Virus record (IMG/VR): IMGVR_UViG_3300025133_000026
DNA length: 64,000 bases
Reading direction: 5' to 3' (one strand)
Origin: a virus
Each line of letters begins with the position of its first letter. Positions within the stretch are counted from its first letter, which is position 1. Under the pieces are notes generated by a model, which had not been told where the DNA came from, did no database searches, and saw only the letters and a list, made by a program, of their open reading frames with translations. This document shows, piece after piece, positions 1 through 9,102 of this stretch. The translations under genes and the position numbers were made by a program.

Positions 1-2954
1 GCTTCTAAGTCTACCTCTACATCATCAGCTGGAATCTTCTTGGCAACTATGTAGTGGAATTGGTATTTAGAATATTTATAAGTAATATCTACAGAGTCAG
101 TGACTGTCCATTTGCAATAGATCAGTCCAGTTGCATAGTTTACACTATAGGCTCCATTTCCTGGAGCTTCTCCAGAGGCGAAGGCATAGGTCGCTGTAGT
201 CCCTTCTGGAATACCGCTACCCCCTAGATTTACTGTTACTAACCCTGTCGCTGGCTCCGAGTAATAGTTTCCAACAGAACCACTAACTGCTGCTGCAGTG
301 CTTACTGGAGTTGTAAAAACAGAAGCATCCGAATACTTTACTCCATAGGTTGCGATGAATGCGTCGCCGTTGTTTATTGAAAAAGTATAAACACCAGAAG
401 CCCCAGTAGAAACAAGATTTTCTGTTTGTACAGCAACCGCATTGTTTAATTCAGTATAGCCATCAATAAAGTCTACTTCTTCTGGAGTGTAAATATCAAA
501 GATGCCATCTCCCAAACTGATTGTTCCAGGGATTACAGCCTTCTGAGAAAGACGAATAAGTTTTCCAGAACTGCTGCTTACATTTGCAACATGGGCTCCT
601 GCAACTGACTTTCCATTTTTATCGAAAGGCTCTCGTGCTGCCCCAGTTGTATCTGTCCATTCTTGACTAACAAAAGCATCAGAAGGGATATAGACAGTAT
701 TGTAGTTTCCGGAGTCTCCTTGTCTAATCTCATACTCTTCTGCCTCAGAAACTGTATATGCTTTATAGGTGATTGTCGTTACTCTGTCTTCTGCTGCTGG
801 TTTTGAGGAAGTGAGGATGCCCTTCTCATAATCAATATGATAATCTCCTGTACTAGAAACATCAGCTAAATCTGCTTCGAGAGTAACATAGCTCGTTGCA
901 GCCAATGCACCCAAGAAGTTTCTTTCTTCAATTTGAACAGTAGAACTATCAATGGGGGCTTGTTTAAGAGAAATCTCGTCTTCACCAACAGGGAGGATTT
1001 CTGTAATAGAAGAGGCTGGAGGCGTCGTTAGCTCAAGCTTGCAGCTTTTCTTGTCTCCATCTGAAGGAAGTGCTAGGAGAGCTGTATAGCCACCATCAAC
1101 TACAGAAAAAGCAAGAGTCTCTGGAGTCAACCCAGCAGTAATAAAGGCACCGGCCCTAGGGCTGGCACTGTTTCCTGTATTCGTTCTTATATCGCCATCG
1201 CCAAAAATGACATAGCCGCTGTTGTCAATGTAGAATGATTGACTCCCGGCACCTGCAGCATCGAGAGTACTTTCTGCATTAACTCTAGTCCAGGCTTTTC
1301 CAGCAACATATACAGTTACGTCAGACTTCAAGATTGAAGACTTTGGGAAAATGTCAAAAGGAAGCTTAACTCTTAGAGGCCCACCAGTACCTCTAGCGAT
1401 AACAAATCTTCCTTTGGCAAAATCATCATCTCCACGAGACCCGACGGGACTCTCAAATATATATACAACATCAGAGGCCAATGTTTTTGACGGAGTAATT
1501 GTTGCAGGAGAAGAGTCTAAGGAGACTTTAGAGAGTTCAAAAGCTACAGGGTTGCTTCCTGCTCCTTCAAACAAAGAGCTAAGCTCTTCAAACTTTTCAG
1601 AGTTTCGAGAAAGAGAAATCCTATATCTTAGGTTTTGATAGCCATTCCCTGTATCGTAGGTAACAATTTCCTCTTCTGAAACAGAAGACTCTAGTGGGTA
1701 GATGTCATTCCACGTATTTCCATCATCTACTGTCACACTAAAGGCTACTTCCCCAATCTCATTAGTTGTCGGAATGTAAGCAGAGAGAAGGCCCAGTTTC
1801 CACAGAGGAGCATTGAGAGAAAGAGAGCTAGAAACTATTTCGCCAGAGTCTTCATATTGTACACTGTAAACATCTATCGACTTAACGCCAATGGCCAATC
1901 TATTTTTTACTCCACTACTGGTTTCAATTCCTACTGGGTATTTTTGAACAAGAGTACAGGAAACATACTTGGCCCTTCGTGGGAGAAAGGGATAAGTGAA
2001 CACGCCCTTGTAATTAGCAGATTCTGGAGAAACAGTGTAGAAAGTATCCTCAGACTCGTCTAGGTAATCTGCCAGCGGAGCATCTCCACGTATAGTCGTC
2101 CAAGATGTCCCGTCAGTTGAAACTTTAATATCTTCAATAACCACACCCTCGAGTGTTCCAAAGTTTACTGGATCAATAAAGATCTGATTAATTATCCTTT
2201 CACTCTCTAATTCCAGAATCAACCGTACCGTTAGCGGATCTGAAGTCTCATCTGTATAGTAAGTCTTTTCAAATTCTACCCAAGTGTCTGCATTTTGGTC
2301 ACCAATGTTCCCTAAATTAGATTGGGCGCCATACTGATTATTTGTATCTTCGTTGTTTCCAAGAACACCATTTGTTGTGTTTTCGTCTAGTTTGATTTTC
2401 TTTACGTTGATAACAGTAGAGGACACAATTGGAAGAGAAACAAAAGCACCGCTTGTATTTACTTCCGCCTCTGTCGCTCCAAGAAGCTCTGACTCTATGT
2501 CAATATTTTCTGTAGTGCTAAAATTGTCTCCCAGGGCAAAACCAATATCCCCTAGATAGATTTTATAATCAGCAAGCTTCCCGTCCGTCCTCCGTAAACG
2601 CCCCAAAAGATCATCAAGTTCAGAGACTTGTCTGTTAAAACTAGACACAGCAAGTTTATCTAATGCTTGTAAATGGATGTAGAGAAGAATTAAGTCCTGT
2701 CTAATACGAGAAAGGATTTTATTCCATTCCTTGTAATCAGCATATGTTCCAGCTGATACTTTTGGCGCTTCTTTGAATCTAACTCTGTTCGAGATTTCTC
2801 GATAAGCTGTCATCAGTTCACCAAAGGTTTTGCTTAGTTCTTCTTCTGTCCTAACGTCTCCTGTTCTAAAAGACTTTACTAATTCTCCCAAAACAAGAGA
2901 AACCTTCTGTTTGAGTACTTTAGAGGATTCATCAAGATATTTATTCTGACTCAT
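1..2954 (-). CDS. Large baseplate/tail structural protein, partial (runs off the left edge, >980 aa)
   Basis: Absent from the ORF track because there is no stop in the window. Manual translation from ATG at 2954 (MSQNKYLDESSKVLKQKVSLVLGEL...) stays open to position 1. The start overlaps the stop of the 623-aa gene. It has an N-terminal helical region, beta-rich domains and Y-x-(I/V)-(D/N)-Y-x-x-G modules. Confidence 0.7.
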   Translation of the reverse strand, partial: MSQNKYLDESSKVLKQKVSLVLGELVKSFRTGDVRTEEELSKTFGELMTAYREISNRVRFKEAPKVSAGTYADYKEWNKILSRIRQDLILLYIHLQALDKLAVSSFNRQVSELDDLLGRLRRTDGKLADYKIYLGDIGFALGDNFSTTENIDIESELLGATEAEVNTSGAFVSLPIVSSTVINVKKIKLDENTTNGVLGNNEDTNNQYGAQSNLGNIGDQNADTWVEFEKTYYTDETSDPLTVRLILELESERIINQIFIDPVNFGTLEGVVIEDIKVSTDGTSWTTIRGDAPLADYLDESEDTFYTVSPESANYKGVFTYPFLPRRAKYVSCTLVQKYPVGIETSSGVKNRLAIGVKSIDVYSVQYEDSGEIVSSSLSLNAPLWKLGLLSAYIPTTNEIGEVAFSVTVDDGNTWNDIYPLESSVSEEEIVTYDTGNGYQNLRYRISLSRNSEKFEELSSLFEGAGSNPVAFELSKVSLDSSPATITPSKTLASDVVYIFESPVGSRGDDDFAKGRFVIARGTGGPLRVKLPFDIFPKSSILKSDVTVYVAGKAWTRVNAESTLDAAGAGSQSFYIDNSGYVIFGDGDIRTNTGNSASPRAGAFITAGLTPETLAFSVVDGGYTALLALPSDGDKKSCKLELTTPPASSITEILPVGEDEISLKQAPIDSSTVQIEERNFLGALAATSYVTLEADLADVSSTGDYHIDYEKGILTSSKPAAEDRVTTITYKAYTVSEAEEYEIRQGDSGNYNTVYIPSDAFVSQEWTDTTGAAREPFDKNGKSVAGAHVANVSSSSGKLIRLSQKAVIPGTISLGDGIFDIYTPEEVDFIDGYTELNNAVAVQTENLVSTGASGVYTFSINNGDAFIATYGVKYSDASVFTTPVSTAAAVSGSVGNYYSEPATGLVTVNLGGSGIPEGTTATYAFASGEAPGNGAYSVNYATGLIYCKWTVTDSVDITYKYSKYQFHYIVAKKIPADDVEVDLE

Positions 2955-4812
2955 TAGTTTCCTCCTGTGCTAAAAGAGTATAGTCGAAAACAATTGGCGT
3001 TTCTCTTGTAAAACTAAAATCTAGACTCCTTGTAATGATGACCATATACAAATGGCTATAGGAAACAGATTCATCTGAAGAATAAGTGTAAGTGATTGCT
3101 CTTGAACCAAGCTTGGCTGTTTGGCTTGCATTTAAATCTTTATCTGTAGCTGCTGTGTAAGAAGTTGTATAGACAGAAGAGATGATCGGGGTCAAAATCT
3201 TTACCCTTAATTCTGGAGGTGGGCCTCCAACCGCGGCAGCTTCAAGATCCGTTAGTGTTGAGTAGTAATTCAGACCATCAACAGACAACTGATAATCAGT
3301 TCCAACAGCTAGTTCAATAAAATCTTGATAAACTTTTACCGTATTGAAGGTAGGGAAGAACCTAGTCTTTGACACACCATTATTTAGCGTAAGAACTTCA
3401 TGCGTTACACTATCTGCAGAAACAGGAATTGGCGTTCTCTCTAATGAAACAAAAAGTCCCGAGCTGTCATAATTGAGTTTAGCTATATAAAACTCAATAG
3501 CATCAAGTGGATTTCCATTAGATGCTAAAGAATTCTCAATTGCTGCAGTAGCATATACTTCTTTTAGTCGTCCTGTAGAAACAATCGGACTTGAAGAAAC
3601 ATAAATACCTAAGTCTTGGAATGAGTTCTCTCCACACTCGACAAAGTCATATCCTAGAGTATAGAAATAACCTCGCGCATACTTGTCGGTTTCTCCACCG
3701 CTCCCAACGGTGATTCCTTCTACTCCTCCTGCATCCATAAGGTCTTGGATTTCAGCAATGTCTTCTGGAGTGTCTGAGTAGTAAAAGTCTGCAATCTCGC
3801 TATAGCTTTTCTGTGAAGCTGTTACTCTTATAGATTCTGCAACTACTCTAGAGAAAGTAAAGGTAACTTTCTCCGTGATCGCTTGTGGTGTAGAAAGAAT
3901 ATAATAAGAATTCCCATCAACATCTTGATAGGAGATACTTTCAATAGTCATTGATGTATCTGTGACAGGAGACAAAGTAATATAATTGATTTGTTGCGCA
4001 CCGCTTAAAGTAAATTCTACAGTTAAGTCAACGCCATCACTTGGAGGAGTTGTTTTCTCTCCACCTTCGTCTTGGTCTACAAGAATAATAGGGTGAACCC
4101 AAAACTTTCCATCACTATCTGAATATAAATTCGTTATAGAGTTATCGTCTGGCTCCATATCTAAATCAGATTCTGTTGTGTCATTTCCTTCAATGACATC
4201 AACTACTGTGATAGTGGCTTTTGTTGTCTCTCCACTCAGGGGTAAGGTAAGTCCCTCTGCTGCAACATCCACAGTGCTTATTTGAGAATCAGAAAGCAAG
4301 GCTCCAGATCTTGGGTCTACATATAATAGTTTTCCAATCTCAGTATCATATTCATAAGATCCAGCTTTGAGGGTATTGAAAGTATTATAATCAATTAACC
4401 CATAGTCTGGTTCTGTAGTTAGGATCTCATATCGACTGATTTCTGTATCAAGTCGAGCTAATGAGTTTTTTAAATCTGTCAGTTTTTTACTAAAAAGTTC
4501 TCTGTGAGAAATACTCAAATCACAAAACCCCTGAACTCTGTCAAACAGAACACCCAGGTCATTGTCAATATACTTTACTAAAGTATTGTAATACTCTGAA
4601 GTTATCTGATCTAAGGGAGTGACATTCTTTTCGCTAGCTGTCAAAGGACGTGATAAATTTCCACTCTTTTCAACAAGAGAGTCTAGTGCTGTTTTGAAAT
4701 CAGCAAGATTTGATATCTTGCTACCAGCAAGCTCTTCTTGTAATAAAGTTTCTATCTCTGCTTTTTGGGCCCCACTAAGGTTACTAGCGAAACCCTCCAA
4801 TAGACGTGCCAT
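2941..4812 (-). CDS. Baseplate/tail structural protein (623 aa), paralog of the downstream large protein
   Basis: ORF track; acidic and beta-rich with an N-terminal coiled coil; lies in the distal tail operon. Confidence 0.6.
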   Translation of the reverse strand: MARLLEGFASNLSGAQKAEIETLLQEELAGSKISNLADFKTALDSLVEKSGNLSRPLTASEKNVTPLDQITSEYYNTLVKYIDNDLGVLFDRVQGFCDLSISHRELFSKKLTDLKNSLARLDTEISRYEILTTEPDYGLIDYNTFNTLKAGSYEYDTEIGKLLYVDPRSGALLSDSQISTVDVAAEGLTLPLSGETTKATITVVDVIEGNDTTESDLDMEPDDNSITNLYSDSDGKFWVHPIILVDQDEGGEKTTPPSDGVDLTVEFTLSGAQQINYITLSPVTDTSMTIESISYQDVDGNSYYILSTPQAITEKVTFTFSRVVAESIRVTASQKSYSEIADFYYSDTPEDIAEIQDLMDAGGVEGITVGSGGETDKYARGYFYTLGYDFVECGENSFQDLGIYVSSSPIVSTGRLKEVYATAAIENSLASNGNPLDAIEFYIAKLNYDSSGLFVSLERTPIPVSADSVTHEVLTLNNGVSKTRFFPTFNTVKVYQDFIELAVGTDYQLSVDGLNYYSTLTDLEAAAVGGPPPELRVKILTPIISSVYTTSYTAATDKDLNASQTAKLGSRAITYTYSSDESVSYSHLYMVIITRSLDFSFTRETPIVFDYTLLAQEETNESE

Positions 4813-5261
4813 TAAGCCTCTTCATAGATTAAATCTATTTGGAAATAGAGACGGCGAGCAGTCTCACTTGAGGGCGGTGTTACTTTAAAAGTAATCTCTA
4901 CACTTTCTCCAGGGCTAATCCCTGTTGATGTAGTCGGACCAATAGATAGTGGAATCGCGTTTGAGGTCTTGTCACCTACACCAAATTGAAATTGAGTTGT
5001 TGTTACATTCTGCACAATGCTCAATCCTTCTCCTGTTGTAGCTCCCCAAGTCAATAGATCGAACCAATCCTGAACAAGACCTTGTCCTGAGGGTTTGGTT
5101 ACTTCTCCTTCCAAGTCAGCTACACTCAAATAAAATCCTAAAGAACTAGCTATACTATCTCCAGTATTTTTGAGAGTAAAAGCATAAGATTGATTTGCTG
5201 TATTTGCAAAAGGCTCCTCAACCAGGGAGCCAGATTGAGACCATTCTAATGTTACTGCCAT
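4812..5261 (-). CDS. Virion structural protein, Ig-like beta sandwich (149 aa)
   Basis: ORF track; TAATG coupling; FTLKNTG...ISPGESVEITFKV pattern typical of Ig-like folds. Confidence 0.5.
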   Translation of the reverse strand: MAVTLEWSQSGSLVEEPFANTANQSYAFTLKNTGDSIASSLGFYLSVADLEGEVTKPSGQGLVQDWFDLLTWGATTGEGLSIVQNVTTTQFQFGVGDKTSNAIPLSIGPTTSTGISPGESVEITFKVTPPSSETARRLYFQIDLIYEEA

Positions 5262-5821
5262 TAAAGCACCTTTGCCCCGTACACTGTACTCGATGGGCTT
5301 TCAATTTCACCCAAGCTCAATGCATGAATCTTAAAGTAATAAGTTACATCTTGTGTTAAGCCACAGTTTCTATACTCATTATACCCATAAGTTGTTCCGT
5401 CTACGGTTGCAATCTTTTCAAACTTTTTATCAATATAAAGAGAACGATAGATTATAAATCTATAAGTTGGATCTTCTAGCTCCCAACGTAATTTAACACA
5501 GCCTGATTCTGGAGTTATAGAAATAAATTCAGGAATGACGCCATCGTAAATAATCACAGGATACTCGCCTGCACTCATATGTTTTTCTATAAGGTTTCTT
5601 ATAGCCTTCTTTTCTAGATCTCCACCATACTCTTTAAGAAGTGTATAGGGAACACGGATAACATGAGTAGCATATTTAGGATAAGAGTATCCTCCAGAAG
5701 GAGAGATAGGAGGAGTATAAGCTAATTTATAGTTAACGAGGAGCGCCTCTTCTAAATTGTTTGTTTCAACGCCGCCACCATTGCTTCTGGCATCAATAAA
5801 AACTGCATCGCCACCAGCCAT
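5261..5821 (-). CDS. Baseplate-associated protein with C-terminal FN3-like domain (186 aa)
   Basis: ORF track; VKLRWE...FIIYRS...Y.NCGLTQDVTYYFKIHAL resembles fibronectin type III; GGAGG SD and TAATG overlap. Confidence 0.55.
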   Translation of the reverse strand: MAGGDAVFIDARSNGGGVETNNLEEALLVNYKLAYTPPISPSGGYSYPKYATHVIRVPYTLLKEYGGDLEKKAIRNLIEKHMSAGEYPVIIYDGVIPEFISITPESGCVKLRWELEDPTYRFIIYRSLYIDKKFEKIATVDGTTYGYNEYRNCGLTQDVTYYFKIHALSLGEIESPSSTVYGAKVL

Positions 5822-7365
5822 TAGACCTCCAAGGGCTCTGGACGAGCCGTTTCCAATACATTAATTTCAGCCAGTATGAGATATTCTGGATACTTATCTT
5901 CAAAAGACGCACCATAGATTCCCTCTGCTGCATAGTTCAGTCCGATAACAGAATTGGTGTTTATTGAACCATCGCTATTGAGTGGCGAAAGATTAGGGAC
6001 AAATGTTCCTCCAGTCTGGGATATATAAATAATTTTATTATCTCTGACGAATAAATGATAGAGAGAAGCTTCGTCTGTACCCTTTACATCTGGAACTATA
6101 TAGAGAACTGTCATCTTGTTTAGAATATCTGGATATTGAATTGGATTAAAATTCACAACAGTGTAAGTGTACTCTCTCTCTTCATAATAATAAGCAGCCC
6201 GCAAGTCATGCCTGTCTTCAATTGTTACACCATCTAAAACAACAAAGCTTTCTTGCGAGTCCCAAGAAGAGATAGCGGTAGAGTTATATTCAATATCAGT
6301 TGCCCCATACTTTGTGCCTTCTAGAGTAGTGTCTGTTGTTAAAACATATTCAACCACACCTGTCGTCTTGTCTTGAATAATGATAGAGAAATGAATATTT
6401 TCGTCTGTATCAATTCTAAGCATTTCTCTTTGTAATTTCAAAACATTATTCGATACTTTCAGTGCCTGTTCGTATCCAACTTGTTTCAATGGGCCGTAAG
6501 GAGTAAAAATTTGTAAGTCAAACTCTTCTGGATAATAAGTATAGTTAACTCCATCCAGTGCTCTTGTAAACTGTCCTACAGTTACACCAAATTGCCACGG
6601 GTCTTCAGCTTGAGTTAAGACTGGTGGTGTAGGATTGATTCGTGTCTGGGGAGAATCTTTTATATAATAAATCCCATAAACTGGAAGGGTGTAATGAAAA
6701 CGCCCATTCCTCTCATCCTTTGTATAGGCCGTTACTCCTTCTTTTACTGTGGCAGTATCAAAATCAATGTCATCGAAAGTTGCTTCTGTGTAAATTTGTT
6801 TAGGATTCCAAACCTCGCTAACAACATTTCCTGATGAATCTATTGACTGAATGTAATAAAGACGATATCTTCCAGTAAGCTCATCAAACCAGTTCTCAAA
6901 GTTTGCATAAATCTCAGAAACAGACGAACTTGTTTTGTACAAACCAGTACTAACATCGGTACTTCCATTATGTGTTACTTGACGAATGGAAACAGTGGAA
7001 GTGTTTTCTGGGAGAGAATGCTTCTTGAAAAGAGGAGTAACGTTTCCGGCACTGTCCGTGATGACTTGATCTGTTATTAGAAGATTATCCAGATCGCTAC
7101 TAACAGTTTTTGTAGTAGTCGCCGTCACTTCTGCAAAATACGTAGGTCTTGTAGAGTTCTCTTTTACATCTGCTGATCTATTAACATAGCTAATATCTTT
7201 CTCTGCATGTATTTCAGGTAGACCAACATAAGAGAGAGGGATGTCTTCATCGGGTACAGATTGACTGTACTTGATATACTCAATCCTTTTTTGTACTAAC
7301 TGTCGCGTAGAAAGAATCTTTTCACCTGCAACATTTGTAATAGAGAGCTTGTGAACAAGACCCAT
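5821..7365 (-). CDS. Baseplate/tail structural protein (514 aa)
   Basis: ORF track; coupled within the tail operon; beta-rich. Confidence 0.55.
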   Translation of the reverse strand: MGLVHKLSITNVAGEKILSTRQLVQKRIEYIKYSQSVPDEDIPLSYVGLPEIHAEKDISYVNRSADVKENSTRPTYFAEVTATTTKTVSSDLDNLLITDQVITDSAGNVTPLFKKHSLPENTSTVSIRQVTHNGSTDVSTGLYKTSSSVSEIYANFENWFDELTGRYRLYYIQSIDSSGNVVSEVWNPKQIYTEATFDDIDFDTATVKEGVTAYTKDERNGRFHYTLPVYGIYYIKDSPQTRINPTPPVLTQAEDPWQFGVTVGQFTRALDGVNYTYYPEEFDLQIFTPYGPLKQVGYEQALKVSNNVLKLQREMLRIDTDENIHFSIIIQDKTTGVVEYVLTTDTTLEGTKYGATDIEYNSTAISSWDSQESFVVLDGVTIEDRHDLRAAYYYEEREYTYTVVNFNPIQYPDILNKMTVLYIVPDVKGTDEASLYHLFVRDNKIIYISQTGGTFVPNLSPLNSDGSINTNSVIGLNYAAEGIYGASFEDKYPEYLILAEINVLETARPEPLEV

Positions 7366-9095
7366 TAGTCTATATAAGTAATAACTGCTTTAAAGTTAGT
7401 TGCCCCCGGCCATGAGCCAGCAGCAGAAAAGTCAAAATTAAGCGTGTTTGCACTGCTGTCATAATATACACCATACGAACCGCCAGATAATAGCGTAGTA
7501 TAAGTTCCTGGCGCAACCCATTTACTAGTACCCACATCCACCAGTACCTGTACTCCAACTACAGTCTTTGTGCTTAAAGCGCTAGGCATCGCAACAGAAT
7601 CAATCCCGCCAGCAGGCGCTGCTGTAACAGAGTCTTCGACAATTTTCGTTTGCCACAAGGTGCTACTTGCACTGTTGTCATTCCTAATTCCATCTAATGC
7701 AGTAAGTCCTTCGTCAACCCGAAAGGTTTTTTCAACCCTAACGCCCTTGGTTTTAAAAGTAACAACATCAAGCGCTTGCGCATAATGGACATAAGCTTGA
7801 GACCCAAAATAAATTCCAAAAGAATCTGATGTAGTAGAAAACGGAGTGACTCCAGTAGGGGGAGTGTCTGATGCTAATCTAAAATCTGTTAGCATTGCAT
7901 TTAAAGTAGTGTCTCCTAATCCAGGATTTCCCCTATAGAGATACTGTGGGTGGTCGACCCGATCTCCTGTTCCAGTAGTATAGGGCGTGAATTGAAAAAC
8001 AAAGCTATTGAGGGTTTCTCCCCCATGGGCTAGCTGATCAAGATCACCGTGCTTTATCCTTTGACTACCATTTGTTCCATCATGTCTGTGCTTCCGATAC
8101 CTAGAGCGAAGAGAGTCTAAAGTTCTTGTGATATCCACACCAACTACGCAAAGAGAATATCTATCAGAACCAACCTCTAGAGTTACTCCTGTATTTACGC
8201 TAACTTGAATTGAAGTTTGACTTACATAGAAAAAAGTAACATTTGGAAGAACCACCTTGCTGTCGCCATCCCAGAGACCGACAAGGCCTTCTGCTATTTG
8301 ATCTCCAGCAGTGTATTCATTAGAAAAATACTCAGGAAGATTAAGCTGAGCCAAATAGTTAAGATCATCGACCGCACTCAGTGTCGTTGATGTGTCATCC
8401 CAATTTGCCTGTTGATCAGTGACTGTAGGGAAAGCAATAGTATATTTTCCAGCTGTTGGTCCAGATACCGTGCATTTTGTAGACTGATTGGGGTCTGGAA
8501 TTACATTAAAGCGCGCCCCCTCGTAAGTGTCTCCCATATAAGAAGCACTGACATCAACATCATATGTGGCTGTACCAGGGCTAGAACCTGTATCCCAAAC
8601 AACAACACGACCTGTAGAGTAGTCTACATAATATTTTCCTGTAGTACTTACACCACCCTCTGTTGTCTCTGTTGCAAACTGCGTTCCATTTGAAAAGGTA
8701 AGTGTTCCACTCTCTGGAATGAATTCTAGATAGAATTCATTCACATTTGCAGGAACACTCTCTCCAGTAATTGTCGCTGTATTGTCTGAGAGAATGCGAG
8801 GATTGAGGGCCGAGGCAGGCCCCATCAGCCTAGCAAGATTCAATATTTGTAGATGTCTTTGTTCAGACCCAAGACTAGTTCCACTTTTATTGAAAGCCCA
8901 TCCACCAATAGGAGTATTGCTAGATCCAGAAAAAACTGGATACGAATCACCCCAAAGATCTCCCAAAGCTAAGGAAACTAGATTCAAAGCACTATTCGTT
9001 TGTCTTGCCCAATTAGTTAGCTTCTCGGCACTAGGCTGTTCGCCTGCAGAAAAGGTTACATTAACTGGAAATAAATCACGTAGTTTGTCAGACAT
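7365..9095 (-). CDS. Tail fibre / receptor-binding-like protein (576 aa)
   Basis: Ser/Thr/Gly-rich; HRHDG...H..L and DHPQY fibre-type motifs; position in the distal tail genes. Confidence 0.55.
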   Translation of the reverse strand: MSDKLRDLFPVNVTFSAGEQPSAEKLTNWARQTNSALNLVSLALGDLWGDSYPVFSGSSNTPIGGWAFNKSGTSLGSEQRHLQILNLARLMGPASALNPRILSDNTATITGESVPANVNEFYLEFIPESGTLTFSNGTQFATETTEGGVSTTGKYYVDYSTGRVVVWDTGSSPGTATYDVDVSASYMGDTYEGARFNVIPDPNQSTKCTVSGPTAGKYTIAFPTVTDQQANWDDTSTTLSAVDDLNYLAQLNLPEYFSNEYTAGDQIAEGLVGLWDGDSKVVLPNVTFFYVSQTSIQVSVNTGVTLEVGSDRYSLCVVGVDITRTLDSLRSRYRKHRHDGTNGSQRIKHGDLDQLAHGGETLNSFVFQFTPYTTGTGDRVDHPQYLYRGNPGLGDTTLNAMLTDFRLASDTPPTGVTPFSTTSDSFGIYFGSQAYVHYAQALDVVTFKTKGVRVEKTFRVDEGLTALDGIRNDNSASSTLWQTKIVEDSVTAAPAGGIDSVAMPSALSTKTVVGVQVLVDVGTSKWVAPGTYTTLLSGGSYGVYYDSSANTLNFDFSAAGSWPGATNFKAVITYID

Positions 9096-9102
9096 GGTTA
9101 TC

